Source of the DNA: Minisyncoccota bacterium
Lineage (GTDB): Bacteria; Patescibacteriota; Minisyncoccia; UBA6257; GWB1-50-10
Reading direction: 5' to 3'
Length of the DNA: 64,000 nucleotides
Assembly: GCA_041665265.1 (NCBI GenBank)
Contig: JBAYJE010000003.1
Span: 1,424-65,423, forward strand
This document shows positions 17,490-26,548 of this stretch, piece after piece. Position 1 is the stretch's first letter, and each line of letters opens with the position of its first letter. The position numbers were made by a program, and so were the translations under genes. A model generated the notes under the pieces. The model was not told the DNA's origin. It ran no database searches and saw only the letters and a list, made by a program, of their open reading frames with translations.

Positions 17490-19647
17490 CACAGGCTTTA
17501 TTTGAGCAACGCTCGGGAATCGTTTTTGTGCCTTCCATCATAAGTGAGCCACAAAGATCACATTTATTACCCGTAGGACGAGATTTCATTATAAATTTGC
17601 AGGAAGGGTAATTTGAACAACTAAAAAATGCGCCAAAGCGTCCGCGACGTTCTATGATATCCCCATTATCGAGTGGACATTTTACGCCCGTACGCTTCTT
17701 AGCCTCTTCTTCGGGGCTTTGTTTAATATAATGACAGCCTTTTTTTCCGCGGGACCAATTACTGCACGCGATGAATTTCCCAAATCGTCCCTCGCGTTCA
17801 AGAAGTTTCCCGCCACAATCGGGACATAATTCTCCCGTTTCCTTTGGTCCTTCCATAAGAGTGCCATCGAGTTTGCGCGCACCTTTGCATTGTTTTGTCT
17901 TATCCTTTTCGTCAAAGAGACGGCAGCTCAAAAACTTTCCTGCACGACCAAGTTTAATAACCATGGTGCCGTGTGAGGCATCAAGAGGACAGGTGAAACG
18001 AGCATCTTCTCCAAGTGTGGTAGCTTTCTCTAACTTATCCTTTTCTTTCACTTCTTTTACAAACGGAATATAGAAATCTTTCAATACTTTTTTGTATTCC
18101 TTCTTTCCTTCTGCAATTTCATCAAGTTTATTCTCCATTTCCGCAGTAAATGAATCACTAATGTAGTTTGCAAAATTCTTTTCCAAGAAATCACTCACTA
18201 CTTCGCCGGTATCAGTGGGATGAAGCGTTTTATTTTGCTTCTCAATGTAACCACGTTCATCAAGAGTGCGGATAATAGCAGCGTACGTACTCGGACGGCC
18301 AATTTCGCGCTTTTCAAGTTCTTTTACAAGTCCTGCTTCTGTATAACGCGGAAGGGGTTCTGTTTCTTTTCCCTCACTTTCGATTGAGACGAGAGTTAAT
18401 GGCTCATCCTTCTCTAAATGAGGAAGCTCATGTTCTTCACCGCGCGCACCCGTATCAGCCATAAGCCATCCAGGGAAGATAACAATATTACCGGTCATCG
18501 AAAAAAATGGAATTTCGGCACCTTTTGCTTCTGCAACTATCTTAGTACGAAGCAATTGAGCGTCGGTCATTTGAGATGCAAGTGTGCGTTGCCAAATGAG
18601 TTCATAAAGTTTTTTCTGCTCATCATTGCCTCCCGCATGATGAAGTGACATTTTTGTAGGACGAATTGCCTCGTGTGCTTCTTGAGCATTTTTACTTTTT
18701 GTCACATAGGTTCGTGGGGAAAGATATTCCTTACCATATGTTTTTTCAATTTCCGTATACATCTCAGCAAGTGCAATGGAGCTTAAATTCACACTGTCAG
18801 TTCTCATATAGGTAATAAACCCTGATTCATACAATTTCTGTGCAATACCCATAGTGCGAGAAGGCGAGTATCCAAGACGCGAGCTTGCCGCTTGTTGGAG
18901 TGTTGAGGTGATAAAGGGAGGTTTTGGTGAGCGTTTTGCTTCAGTCTTTTTTACCGAAGCAATATGCCACGGGTGTGTTCGTGCTGCACCAAGAATGCGT
19001 TCTACTTCCTGTTCATTTTTCGGTTCGTCTTCACAGGTAAGTTCGAGTTGGTGTTTTTCTGTTTTGCACTGTGCTTTAATTACCCAAAAATGTTCTGGGA
19101 TAAATGCACGAATTTCTCGTTCGCGTTCCATAATAATGCGAAGTGCAGGGGATTGTACGCGCCCCGCGGAAAGTCCGTAGCGCACTTTCTTCCAAATAAG
19201 TCCGGAAAGGTCATAGCCTACAAGCCTATCAAGAACACGACGCGCTTCCTGCGCTTTACGAAGATTTTCATCAATCTCGCGAGGATGTTTCATTGCCTCA
19301 AGAATTGCGGGTTCGGTAATCTCGTGAAATACTACCCGTTTCGGATTCTTTAGATTACACGCTTCTTTAATGTGCCATGCAATTGCCTCACCTTCTCGGT
19401 CAGGATCAGTAGCAAGAAGTACTTCATCCGCTTTCTTTGAAAGTTTAATGAGCTCTTCGACAATTTCTGTTTTTGCTTTTGCAATTTCGTAGTGGGGAAT
19501 AAATCCACCGGGAATGTCAATTGCTTTTTTATTACTTTTTGGAAGATCGCGAATATGTCCGACGCTTGCGCGGACTTTGTATTCTCCTTTTAAATATTTT
19601 TCGATTGTCTTCGCTTTTGCGGGACTTTCAACAATAACTAATTTCAT
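17458..19647 (-). CDS. topA: DNA topoisomerase I with C-terminal zinc ribbons
   Basis: LVIVESPAKAKTI, ATDPDREGEAI, SAGRVQS, ITYMRTDS, AQEAHEAIRPT. Confidence 0.97.
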   Translation of the reverse strand: MKLVIVESPAKAKTIEKYLKGEYKVRASVGHIRDLPKSNKKAIDIPGGFIPHYEIAKAKTEIVEELIKLSKKADEVLLATDPDREGEAIAWHIKEACNLKNPKRVVFHEITEPAILEAMKHPREIDENLRKAQEARRVLDRLVGYDLSGLIWKKVRYGLSAGRVQSPALRIIMEREREIRAFIPEHFWVIKAQCKTEKHQLELTCEDEPKNEQEVERILGAARTHPWHIASVKKTEAKRSPKPPFITSTLQQAASSRLGYSPSRTMGIAQKLYESGFITYMRTDSVNLSSIALAEMYTEIEKTYGKEYLSPRTYVTKSKNAQEAHEAIRPTKMSLHHAGGNDEQKKLYELIWQRTLASQMTDAQLLRTKIVAEAKGAEIPFFSMTGNIVIFPGWLMADTGARGEEHELPHLEKDEPLTLVSIESEGKETEPLPRYTEAGLVKELEKREIGRPSTYAAIIRTLDERGYIEKQNKTLHPTDTGEVVSDFLEKNFANYISDSFTAEMENKLDEIAEGKKEYKKVLKDFYIPFVKEVKEKDKLEKATTLGEDARFTCPLDASHGTMVIKLGRAGKFLSCRLFDEKDKTKQCKGARKLDGTLMEGPKETGELCPDCGGKLLEREGRFGKFIACSNWSRGKKGCHYIKQSPEEEAKKRTGVKCPLDNGDIIERRGRFGAFFSCSNYPSCKFIMKSRPTGNKCDLCGSLMMEGTKTIPERCSNKACVNHNPHKIKK

Positions 19648-19747
19648 TCCGTTAGGATTTTACCTTTTTAAGGTTATTCTTTTCGACGCCATTTTGTATC
19701 ATTTCATTTTTCATAATGTGTATTTGTAAAACCTTAACGGGATTCAT
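19648..19747 (-). mobile_element. MITE-like inverted-repeat element at the topA start codon, encoding a 31-aa uORF
   Basis: Minus strand reads ATGAAT-CCCGTTAAGG...TCCTAACGGA-ATGAAA(topA); homologous to 32006-32093. Confidence 0.65.
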
Positions 19748-19767
19748 AAACATTCTTTTATACTACC

Positions 19768-20649
19768 TCAATTGTTTTTTATTCTAAACTTTCCACTCAC
19801 TTCTTCGATTATTCCTGAAAAAAGAAGGAGGGTGAGTTTCTCATTCACAATATGAGGTTGTAGTGTAGTCAGCTCAAGTATTTTGTCAATTGAGAGTGGT
19901 TCGTGTGCACTTGTAAGTACTCGCACAATTTGTGATTCAAATTCACTGAGCGCAATATTGTTTTCTCTTGCGCTCGTGAGCGAAGGGGACGTTTCAACAC
20001 CAAGGTCTTCTAGAATATCTGCGCAGTTTGTCACAAGGCGCGCACCATTTCGAATGAGCATATGAGAACCTTTATAGTTAGCATTATTCACACTTCCGGG
20101 AAAGACAAATACCTCGCGTCCTTGTTCAATTGCATTGCGTGCGGTGGCAATTGAGCCTGAGCGAAGTGGCGCTTCAATAACGATAGTTGCGATAGAAAGA
20201 CCACTTACAATACGATTCCGCTCAAGAAATTGATTTGGATATGCAGGAGTTCCTTCTACGTATTCTGAAATGAGACATCCACCGGACTCAAGAATGTGCT
20301 CTGCAAGATGTTCGTGCTGACGAGGATACACATGGTCAAGACCATTTGCAAGTACTGCAATAGTGCGACCGCCCGCCTTAAGTGTCCCTTCATGCGCGGC
20401 GGCATCAATACCGAGTGCGAGACCACTCACGATAGTAATGCCACGTAAGGCAAGTGTTTCAGCAAGTTCGTGTGCAAGTGCTAATCCCTCACGCGATGCT
20501 TTTCGTGTGCCTACAATTGCAACACATGATTCATGTGAGGTGGGAAGAATGCCACGATAGTAAAGTGTGTTAGGCGCTCCAGGAATTTCGGAGAGGAGAG
20601 GAGGATATAATTCTGATTCTTCGTGTAGAACACACACCGGAAGTTTCAT
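19768..20649 (-). CDS. dprA: DNA processing protein DprA
   Basis: VAIVGTR, IVSGLALGIDAAAH, FLERNRIVSGLS, SGSIATA. Confidence 0.95.
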   Translation of the reverse strand: MKLPVCVLHEESELYPPLLSEIPGAPNTLYYRGILPTSHESCVAIVGTRKASREGLALAHELAETLALRGITIVSGLALGIDAAAHEGTLKAGGRTIAVLANGLDHVYPRQHEHLAEHILESGGCLISEYVEGTPAYPNQFLERNRIVSGLSIATIVIEAPLRSGSIATARNAIEQGREVFVFPGSVNNANYKGSHMLIRNGARLVTNCADILEDLGVETSPSLTSARENNIALSEFESQIVRVLTSAHEPLSIDKILELTTLQPHIVNEKLTLLLFSGIIEEVSGKFRIKNN

Positions 20650-20707
20650 AATGTGGTAAAATAATTATATACTACGCGTTTGTAGAGAAGCACGTTTGTT
20701 TTTGAGT

Positions 20708-21235
20708 ATGGATGTATTTAAGAAAAAAATAACGATTGAGGGACTTATTACGGCAATTATTATAATTGCAATTTCTGGAGGAATTTATTTTTTTGCTTCT
20801 AAAATAACTGCCTACTCAAATGAGATTCTCACATTGCGTACCGAACTTGCATTGCGTTCAAGTTCACTCACTATGCTTGCAAACCTACGTTCCGAGTACA
20901 TTTCCAAAGCACAGAAAGATTTTACGGCATTACAAAATATAATTCCGGTGAAGGATCAGCTCATTAATATTGCAAAAGATTTTCAGTTTATTGCAACTCA
21001 GGCAGGATTTGATTCAACCTTTTCATTTATGAGCGAATCACCCGCAACCGTAAATACATTAGGCTTTCTTAGTTTTAAACTGACTTTCGGTGGCGATTTT
21101 GATAAATTACTTGAGTTTGTAAAGACATTACAAGACTTCCGTTATCTCTCCGATTTCACTAATTTTACGATTACGCGCGGAAAAGATAAGGCACAACTGT
21201 CAGTAAATGGAAAAGTATTTTTTAGACTCCCATAA
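20708..21235 (+). CDS. PilO/GspM-like type IV pilus assembly protein
   Basis: Single N-terminal TM, coiled coil, C-terminal FKLTFGGDFDKLLEFVKTLQ ferredoxin-like pattern. Confidence 0.6.
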   Translation: MDVFKKKITIEGLITAIIIIAISGGIYFFASKITAYSNEILTLRTELALRSSSLTMLANLRSEYISKAQKDFTALQNIIPVKDQLINIAKDFQFIATQAGFDSTFSFMSESPATVNTLGFLSFKLTFGGDFDKLLEFVKTLQDFRYLSDFTNFTITRGKDKAQLSVNGKVFFRLP

Positions 21236-21236
21236 T

Positions 21237-21464
21237 ATGAAAAATCTATTTAATAAAGGAATAAAACTTCATTTTTCTCGTCAGGGTTTCTTTTCCATCC
21301 TTGCGGTTGTTCTTATTATCATTATTGTAGGACTCGTGATTTATCTTTCTACCTTCCTTATATCCAACTTTGGGACAGCATTAGAACTAGGAGGAGAGGG
21401 TGTTCCTAAAGAACAGTTTGACATCAAGGGCTTCGAAACGCTAAATTTAGTGAAGCCACAATAG
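21237..21464 (+). CDS. Small single-TM protein
   Basis: Hydrophobic helix; starts 1 nt after the PilO-like gene. Confidence 0.6.
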   Translation: MKNLFNKGIKLHFSRQGFFSILAVVLIIIIVGLVIYLSTFLISNFGTALELGGEGVPKEQFDIKGFETLNLVKPQ

Positions 21465-21479
21465 GAATATAACTGATTC

Positions 21480-21551
21480 GGGTGTGTAGTTCAGTGGTAG
21501 AACGCTGTCCTGATAAGACAGAGGTCGAAGGTTCGATTCCTTCCACACCCA
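21480..21551 (+). tRNA. tRNA-Ile(GAT)
   Basis: GGGTGTG/CACACCC acceptor, anticodon loop CTGATAA, T-loop TTCGATT. Confidence 0.93.
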
Positions 21552-21587
21552 CAAAGAAAGGCCTTGTGAGGAGGTCTTTTCTTTAGC

Positions 21588-21661
21588 GGGCCTGTAGCTC
21601 AGTTGGTTAGAGCGCCTCATTTGCAATGAGGAGGTCACCGGTTCGAATCCGGTCAGGTCCA
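21588..21661 (+). tRNA. tRNA-Ala(TGC)
   Basis: GGGCCTG/CAGGTCC acceptor with G3-U70 pair, anticodon loop TTTGCAA, T-loop TTCGAAT. Confidence 0.95.
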
Positions 21662-21769
21662 CAAATTGCTCTTTTGGGTAGAAGTGTCCCACTTAACAAA
21701 TAGAGAGTTCTACTCAATTTAGTATTGATTTGAAAAATGGGTCGCGATAGATAATACTTATATACGTAG

Positions 21770-21979
21770 ATGGAAAGCACGGAACAAAAAAACGAAAACT
21801 CATCGATTTTAGTAATATGTCCCGAATGTAAGGGGTCATTTTATTTACAATCAATAGAATTAGGTATACTTCGCCCATGCCCTTTTTGCGGTAAAACAGT
21901 GACTTTTGATAAGGTCGAAGTGAATCAAAAAAAAGATGAAGTTGAATCTACTAAATCCTCGAGGAAAGAGGTGGCCTGA
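21770..21979 (+). CDS. Small zinc-ribbon protein
   Basis: CPECKG...CPFCG. Confidence 0.65.
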   Translation: MESTEQKNENSSILVICPECKGSFYLQSIELGILRPCPFCGKTVTFDKVEVNQKKDEVESTKSSRKEVA

Positions 21980-22928
21980 TTTTTATGGAGATAGGTCCTC
22001 TATTAGAAATAGAGTCGAGTCAAATCCAGCGGTTAAAGAATTAATAGACTGCGGTCTTTTATTAACCAAAGAACTCAACACTTTGTTGTTGGGTTTTTTG
22101 ATTAAGAATAGAAGAATACAAGAATTAATCACTGCGCCTACAACAATAAATGATAAAGATTGGTCAGAAAAAGACACGACCGAGGTTATTAAAATTTATG
22201 ATGAACAAACTATTGGGAAGTCTAAAGACGAGGGGAAAAAGATCCTAACTCATCTCATTGATAACCATCAGAAAAAAATTGCTTCAGAAAAAAGGAAGAA
22301 AAGAAAAGTAGAAATTAAATCAATATCAGATGATTTGGAAGATGAATTGAGTAATTTCCGCACCCTAAAAAACTTGAATATATCAACACTTATTCATACA
22401 AACCTTTATTATTGCCCTGACTGTGCTGAAATTTTTAGAAAAGATACTTTTTATTCCGGTAAATGTTATTGTGGGAAGCAATTGAGTAGGGTATCTGAAA
22501 CTAACCAGGATAGTATAGCGTGTATAAGTGATGATGTTGAGATTTTTGTTAAGAATAATATGTGGTTAGAGCACGGTGTAGAAAGACAATTTTCAATAAA
22601 TGGTTATAATACCGCCTGTGGAGTAAATATTATGGGCTCATCGGGGGTTTCGCATGAAGTAGATGTTTTAGCAGAGTCTGCGTCAAAGAATAAGAGGATT
22701 ATTGGGGAGTGCAAAAATCGAGAAATTGACATATCAGATGTCTTTAAATTATATGGCCAAATGGCAGACACTGGTTGTAATATCGGATTTATATTTTCCA
22801 CAGGTGTTGTTCAGGACCCTCAGAAAAGTAGGCAGGTGTTTAGACTCGCATCTTCAAAAAACATTAGGATTATTGATGGAATTCTGGAAAATACTTCCGA
22901 GCGGCTCAATGAGCTTATTTTAAATTAG
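21936..22928 (+). CDS. Zinc-ribbon plus Mrr-like PD-(D/E)xK restriction-endonuclease-fold protein (start uncertain)
   Basis: CPDC...CYCG followed by GSSGVSHEVDVLA...IIGECKN. Confidence 0.7.
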   Translation: MKLNLLNPRGKRWPDFYGDRSSIRNRVESNPAVKELIDCGLLLTKELNTLLLGFLIKNRRIQELITAPTTINDKDWSEKDTTEVIKIYDEQTIGKSKDEGKKILTHLIDNHQKKIASEKRKKRKVEIKSISDDLEDELSNFRTLKNLNISTLIHTNLYYCPDCAEIFRKDTFYSGKCYCGKQLSRVSETNQDSIACISDDVEIFVKNNMWLEHGVERQFSINGYNTACGVNIMGSSGVSHEVDVLAESASKNKRIIGECKNREIDISDVFKLYGQMADTGCNIGFIFSTGVVQDPQKSRQVFRLASSKNIRIIDGILENTSERLNELILN

Positions 22929-23116
22929 AAAAACCTCAAATCTTTTCAAGCAACTTCCCTCAACTTCGTCTTTTCAATCCACTCGGCTATTCTAATAATC
23001 TACGTCGTTATAGTCATTTTTGTTCCAACTAGTTAATACAAGGTCCACCACAGAATGTGATATGCACGGACGCAAAGCCGTTTTATCTTATTCGTATACC
23101 GCAGTACAATGACAAT

Positions 23117-23428
23117 ATGAAAAAGAAGGAATATTTTATGAGGAGTTTTCTTAACGCTACGGGAGTTCTCGCATACATATCTCTGGTAGCGGGGTTCTTA
23201 TTCAACGGTAAACAACTATTTGGAAAAGAGGAAACTTTTCTCCTTCCAATCCTCATGCTTCTTCTTTTTGTTACATCCGCAGCAATCACAGGGTCTCTTG
23301 TGTTGGGAAAACCAATTCACCTTTATCTGAGCGGTCTTAAAAAAGAAGCGTTCACAATGCTTTTTGCTACGATTGGTTGGCTTGTTCTTTTTCTTGTTGT
23401 GATTATCGGAATATTGCTAGTGCAATGA
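23117..23428 (+). CDS. Three-TM membrane protein
   Basis: Three hydrophobic helices. Confidence 0.7.
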   Translation: MKKKEYFMRSFLNATGVLAYISLVAGFLFNGKQLFGKEETFLLPILMLLLFVTSAAITGSLVLGKPIHLYLSGLKKEAFTMLFATIGWLVLFLVVIIGILLVQ

Positions 23429-23706
23429 AGATACTCAAGAAAGTTCAACACGAATATTTCGAAGCACTTCTCGAAGGACGAAAACAATTTGAGATTCGCC
23501 TCGCAGACTTTAAATATAAACCAGGCGACACGCTGGTACTTTTAGAACAAAAAGAAGGGAAGAGGGAATTGAGCGGAAGAAAGCTCGAATGCGAGATACT
23601 TTTTACAGTGAACACGAAAATAGCTGAACAATTTTGGACGAAAAAGAAAATAGATAAATATGGTCTCGCGGTTCTTTCTCTCCGAAGAAAGTTCAAATTT
23701 AAATAA
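23425..23706 (+). CDS. ASCH/DUF3850-like PUA-fold protein
   Basis: KVQHEYFEALLEGRKQFEIRLADFKYKPGDTLVLLE. Confidence 0.8.
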   Translation: MKILKKVQHEYFEALLEGRKQFEIRLADFKYKPGDTLVLLEQKEGKRELSGRKLECEILFTVNTKIAEQFWTKKKIDKYGLAVLSLRRKFKFK

Positions 23707-23708
23707 CT

Positions 23709-23921
23709 ATGTTTATTATTTTCGGTATTATCGGACTTCTCATAATATCAACCGCAATCTGGCTAAAGAATGAAAAGAAACAGGATTTCTTGTTCGTTAT
23801 CGGTGGTATTTCACTCCTCATTTATAGCATGAGTATTCACGACCTTATTTTTATAATTCTGCAAATTGTTTTTATTATTTCCGCACTTGTGGAGATTTTT
23901 CGATTACCTAAAAAGAAGTAG
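23709..23921 (+). CDS. Small membrane protein
   Basis: Three short hydrophobic segments. Confidence 0.65.
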   Translation: MFIIFGIIGLLIISTAIWLKNEKKQDFLFVIGGISLLIYSMSIHDLIFIILQIVFIISALVEIFRLPKKK

Positions 23922-23967
23922 GTGAGTATATTGAAAGAAGATTATTTTTATCCACAGGTGTGATTGC

Positions 23968-23996
23968 TTGCATATTATGAACCTGGGGTGTAGGTT
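23968..23996 (+). promoter_or_regulatory. Promoter with putative CsoR operator
   Basis: TTGCAT-17-TAGGTT containing the palindrome AACCT-GGGGTGT-AGGTT with a G-tract, immediately upstream of csoR. Confidence 0.55.
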
Positions 23997-24002
23997 ATAG
24001 GT

Positions 24003-24281
24003 ATGAAGCATCACAAACAAGGAACTGCACCAGACAAAGCAAAATCACTAAAACACGCGAAGCAGGCACAAGGCACACTCCTTAAGGTTATTCAGATGAT
24101 TGAAGGGGACAAATATTGTCCAGAAGTTATTCAACAAACACATGCTGCAATCGGTCTTTTACGCACACTCGAACATAACCTTCTTAAGGGTCATCTTGAC
24201 CACTGTGTAGAACATAAATTGCACGAGAATAAGAAACAGACCGTTGATGAATTATTGCGTATTTACAATCTTTCAAAATAA
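24003..24281 (+). CDS. csoR: CsoR/RcnR-family metal-sensing repressor
   Basis: MIEGDKYC...HLDHC (Cys-His-Cys ligands); first gene of a copper operon. Confidence 0.85.
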   Translation: MKHHKQGTAPDKAKSLKHAKQAQGTLLKVIQMIEGDKYCPEVIQQTHAAIGLLRTLEHNLLKGHLDHCVEHKLHENKKQTVDELLRIYNLSK

Positions 24282-24284
24282 TCT

Positions 24285-26546
24285 ATGGCACTTACCACAT
24301 TTAAAGTGAAAGGAATGCATTGTGCGAGTTGTGCAGTCATTATTTCAAAACGAATCACTAAACTCCCCGGAGTAAAAAAAGCGGATATTAATTATGCATC
24401 AGAAACAGCAAAGATTGATTTTAATCCTAAAGAAGCACCACTCGAAAAGATAAACGAAGAAATTCGCATGTTGGGATACGAGCTAGAGGATCCACACACA
24501 GGGCATGATATGGGTGCTATGAATATGATGGATTCACAAAATAAGAGTGAGAAGTTGAAGGAGTTAGCCCTCATGAAAAGAAAGGTCAATATAGCGTTTC
24601 CTGTAGCGCTTGTGGTGTTTGCACTTATGATCTGGGACATTATTGCAAAAATGTTTTTACTTCCTGCGCTTCCGCTTTCAATGCAATTGCAGAATGTTAT
24701 TTTTCTTGTATTTTCCACAATAATTCTTTTTTGGGCAGGAAAACCATTCGTGCAAGGATTTGGAAGATTTTTTCGTTACCGAGTAGCAAATATGGACTCA
24801 TTGATTGGTATCGGAACACTTACTGCGTATACCTATAGTGCGGTGTTGGTGCTTATGCCTCAGGCGCGAGATTATTTCTCGTTTCCAGAATATGTTTATT
24901 TTGATGTAGTCATGGTAGTAATTGGGTTTGTATTATTTGGAAAATATCTTGAAGCGCGGTCAAAACTACGCACGGGGGAGGCAATTGAAAAACTGTTAAG
25001 CCTGCAAGCAAAAACAGCCCTCGTGATTCGTGAAGGGCATGAAGTAGAAATATCTCTTGCAGAAGTGGTAGTAGATGATGTTGTGCTCGTGCGTCCAGGA
25101 ACAAAGATTCCAGTTGATGGTGTGATTATTGAAGGAAATTCTGCAGTTGATGAATCTATGATTACTGGCGAATCAATTCCTGTCGATAAACATCCAGGAG
25201 ATGCGGTGGTGGGTGCAACAATAAATAAGCAGGGATCGTTGAAGTGTCGTGTTACACGCATAGGAAGTGCCACAATGCTTTCTCAAATTGTAAAAATGGT
25301 AACTGACGCACAAGCATCAAAAGCACCAATTCAAGCACTTGCGGATAAAATTTCAGGAACATTTGTTCCTGTAGTGCTTGGTATCGCCTCACTTTCGTTT
25401 GTTCTTTGGCTTACGGTGGGTGCATGGCAACTCGGATTCACTGTGGCATTCTCGTATGCTCTTTTATCACTTGTGGGTGTGCTTGTTATTGCATGTCCTT
25501 GCGCACTCGGACTTGCAACTCCTACTGCAATTATTGTAGGCGTAGGCAAGGGGGCCGAACAGGGAATTTTAATTAAAGGAGCAGAATCTCTTGAAGAACT
25601 TTCGCACATAACAACGGTGGTGTTTGATAAAACAGGAACAATAACCGAAGGTTCACCAAAAGTCACCGACATCGTTGTTTCTTCTGAATATAGTGAAAGC
25701 GAAATTATAAAATATGCAGCAAGTATAGAAAGGCATTCCGAACATCCATTAGCTCATGCTATTGTTGCCGACGCAAAGAAAAGAAACATTTCTCTTGTTG
25801 AGCCACTCGATTTTATTGCATATGAAGGAGTTGGTGTAGAAGGTACAATAGAAGGAAAGCGGGTGCGTGTACAAAAACCCACCATAGAAGATATTGCGCA
25901 ATTATCTCTCAATCGATTACATGAAGAAGGAAAGACAACGGCAGTCATTTTTATTAATCAAAAGATTGTTGGTGCATTAGCACTGAGCGACACCCTAAAA
26001 GAAGGCGTACACGAAGCAATTGCAGCACTTCATCAAGTAGGTCTTACTACAGTAATGATTACTGGAGATAATAAGAAAGCAGCGGAATATATTGCTACAC
26101 AGGCAGGCATCGATAAAGTAATTGCCGAAGTTATGCCAAATGAAAAAGCGGCAGCAGTAAAAGAGTTGCAATTACAAGGATTGAAGGTGGCTATGGTAGG
26201 AGATGGAGTAAACGATGCACCTGCACTAATTCAGGCAAATGTAGGTATCGCTATGGCAACAGGAACGGACATCGCAATTGAAGCAGCAGGAATTACCCTT
26301 CTTAAGGGCGATGTACGAAAAGTGGTTCAAGCGCATACACTTGCACGACGTACGATGCGTGTAATACGGCAAAATCTTTTTTGGGCATTCTTTTACAATG
26401 TGATTGGTATTCCACTTGCCGCGGGTGCACTCTTCCCATTTTTTGGAATCTTTCTCAATCCAATGTTTGCAGGCATTGCGATGGCAGGAAGCAGCGTCTC
26501 CGTGGTTGGGAATTCTCTACGATTAAAAACGCTTAACCTTAAATAA
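24285..26546 (+). CDS. copA: Cu(I)-translocating P1B ATPase
   Basis: GMHCASC HMA, TGES, CPC, DKTGT, HP, GDGVND, YN and MAGSS motifs. Confidence 0.93.
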   Translation: MALTTFKVKGMHCASCAVIISKRITKLPGVKKADINYASETAKIDFNPKEAPLEKINEEIRMLGYELEDPHTGHDMGAMNMMDSQNKSEKLKELALMKRKVNIAFPVALVVFALMIWDIIAKMFLLPALPLSMQLQNVIFLVFSTIILFWAGKPFVQGFGRFFRYRVANMDSLIGIGTLTAYTYSAVLVLMPQARDYFSFPEYVYFDVVMVVIGFVLFGKYLEARSKLRTGEAIEKLLSLQAKTALVIREGHEVEISLAEVVVDDVVLVRPGTKIPVDGVIIEGNSAVDESMITGESIPVDKHPGDAVVGATINKQGSLKCRVTRIGSATMLSQIVKMVTDAQASKAPIQALADKISGTFVPVVLGIASLSFVLWLTVGAWQLGFTVAFSYALLSLVGVLVIACPCALGLATPTAIIVGVGKGAEQGILIKGAESLEELSHITTVVFDKTGTITEGSPKVTDIVVSSEYSESEIIKYAASIERHSEHPLAHAIVADAKKRNISLVEPLDFIAYEGVGVEGTIEGKRVRVQKPTIEDIAQLSLNRLHEEGKTTAVIFINQKIVGALALSDTLKEGVHEAIAALHQVGLTTVMITGDNKKAAEYIATQAGIDKVIAEVMPNEKAAAVKELQLQGLKVAMVGDGVNDAPALIQANVGIAMATGTDIAIEAAGITLLKGDVRKVVQAHTLARRTMRVIRQNLFWAFFYNVIGIPLAAGALFPFFGIFLNPMFAGIAMAGSSVSVVGNSLRLKTLNLK

Positions 26547-26548
26547 TT

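Larger units (their letters stand above)
21662..23050. mobile_element. Decayed AT-rich islet at the tRNA-Ala 3' end
   Basis: AGGTCCAC at the tRNA end (21655-21662) recurs as AGGTCCACCA at 23041-23050; encloses nuclease-like cargo; no intact integrase. Confidence 0.5.

Noticed and set aside
13801-23956. Perfect DnaA boxes at 13801-13809 and 23948-23956 as oriC
   Set aside because: Isolated single boxes, one inside a probable ORF, with no cluster or dnaA/dnaN context
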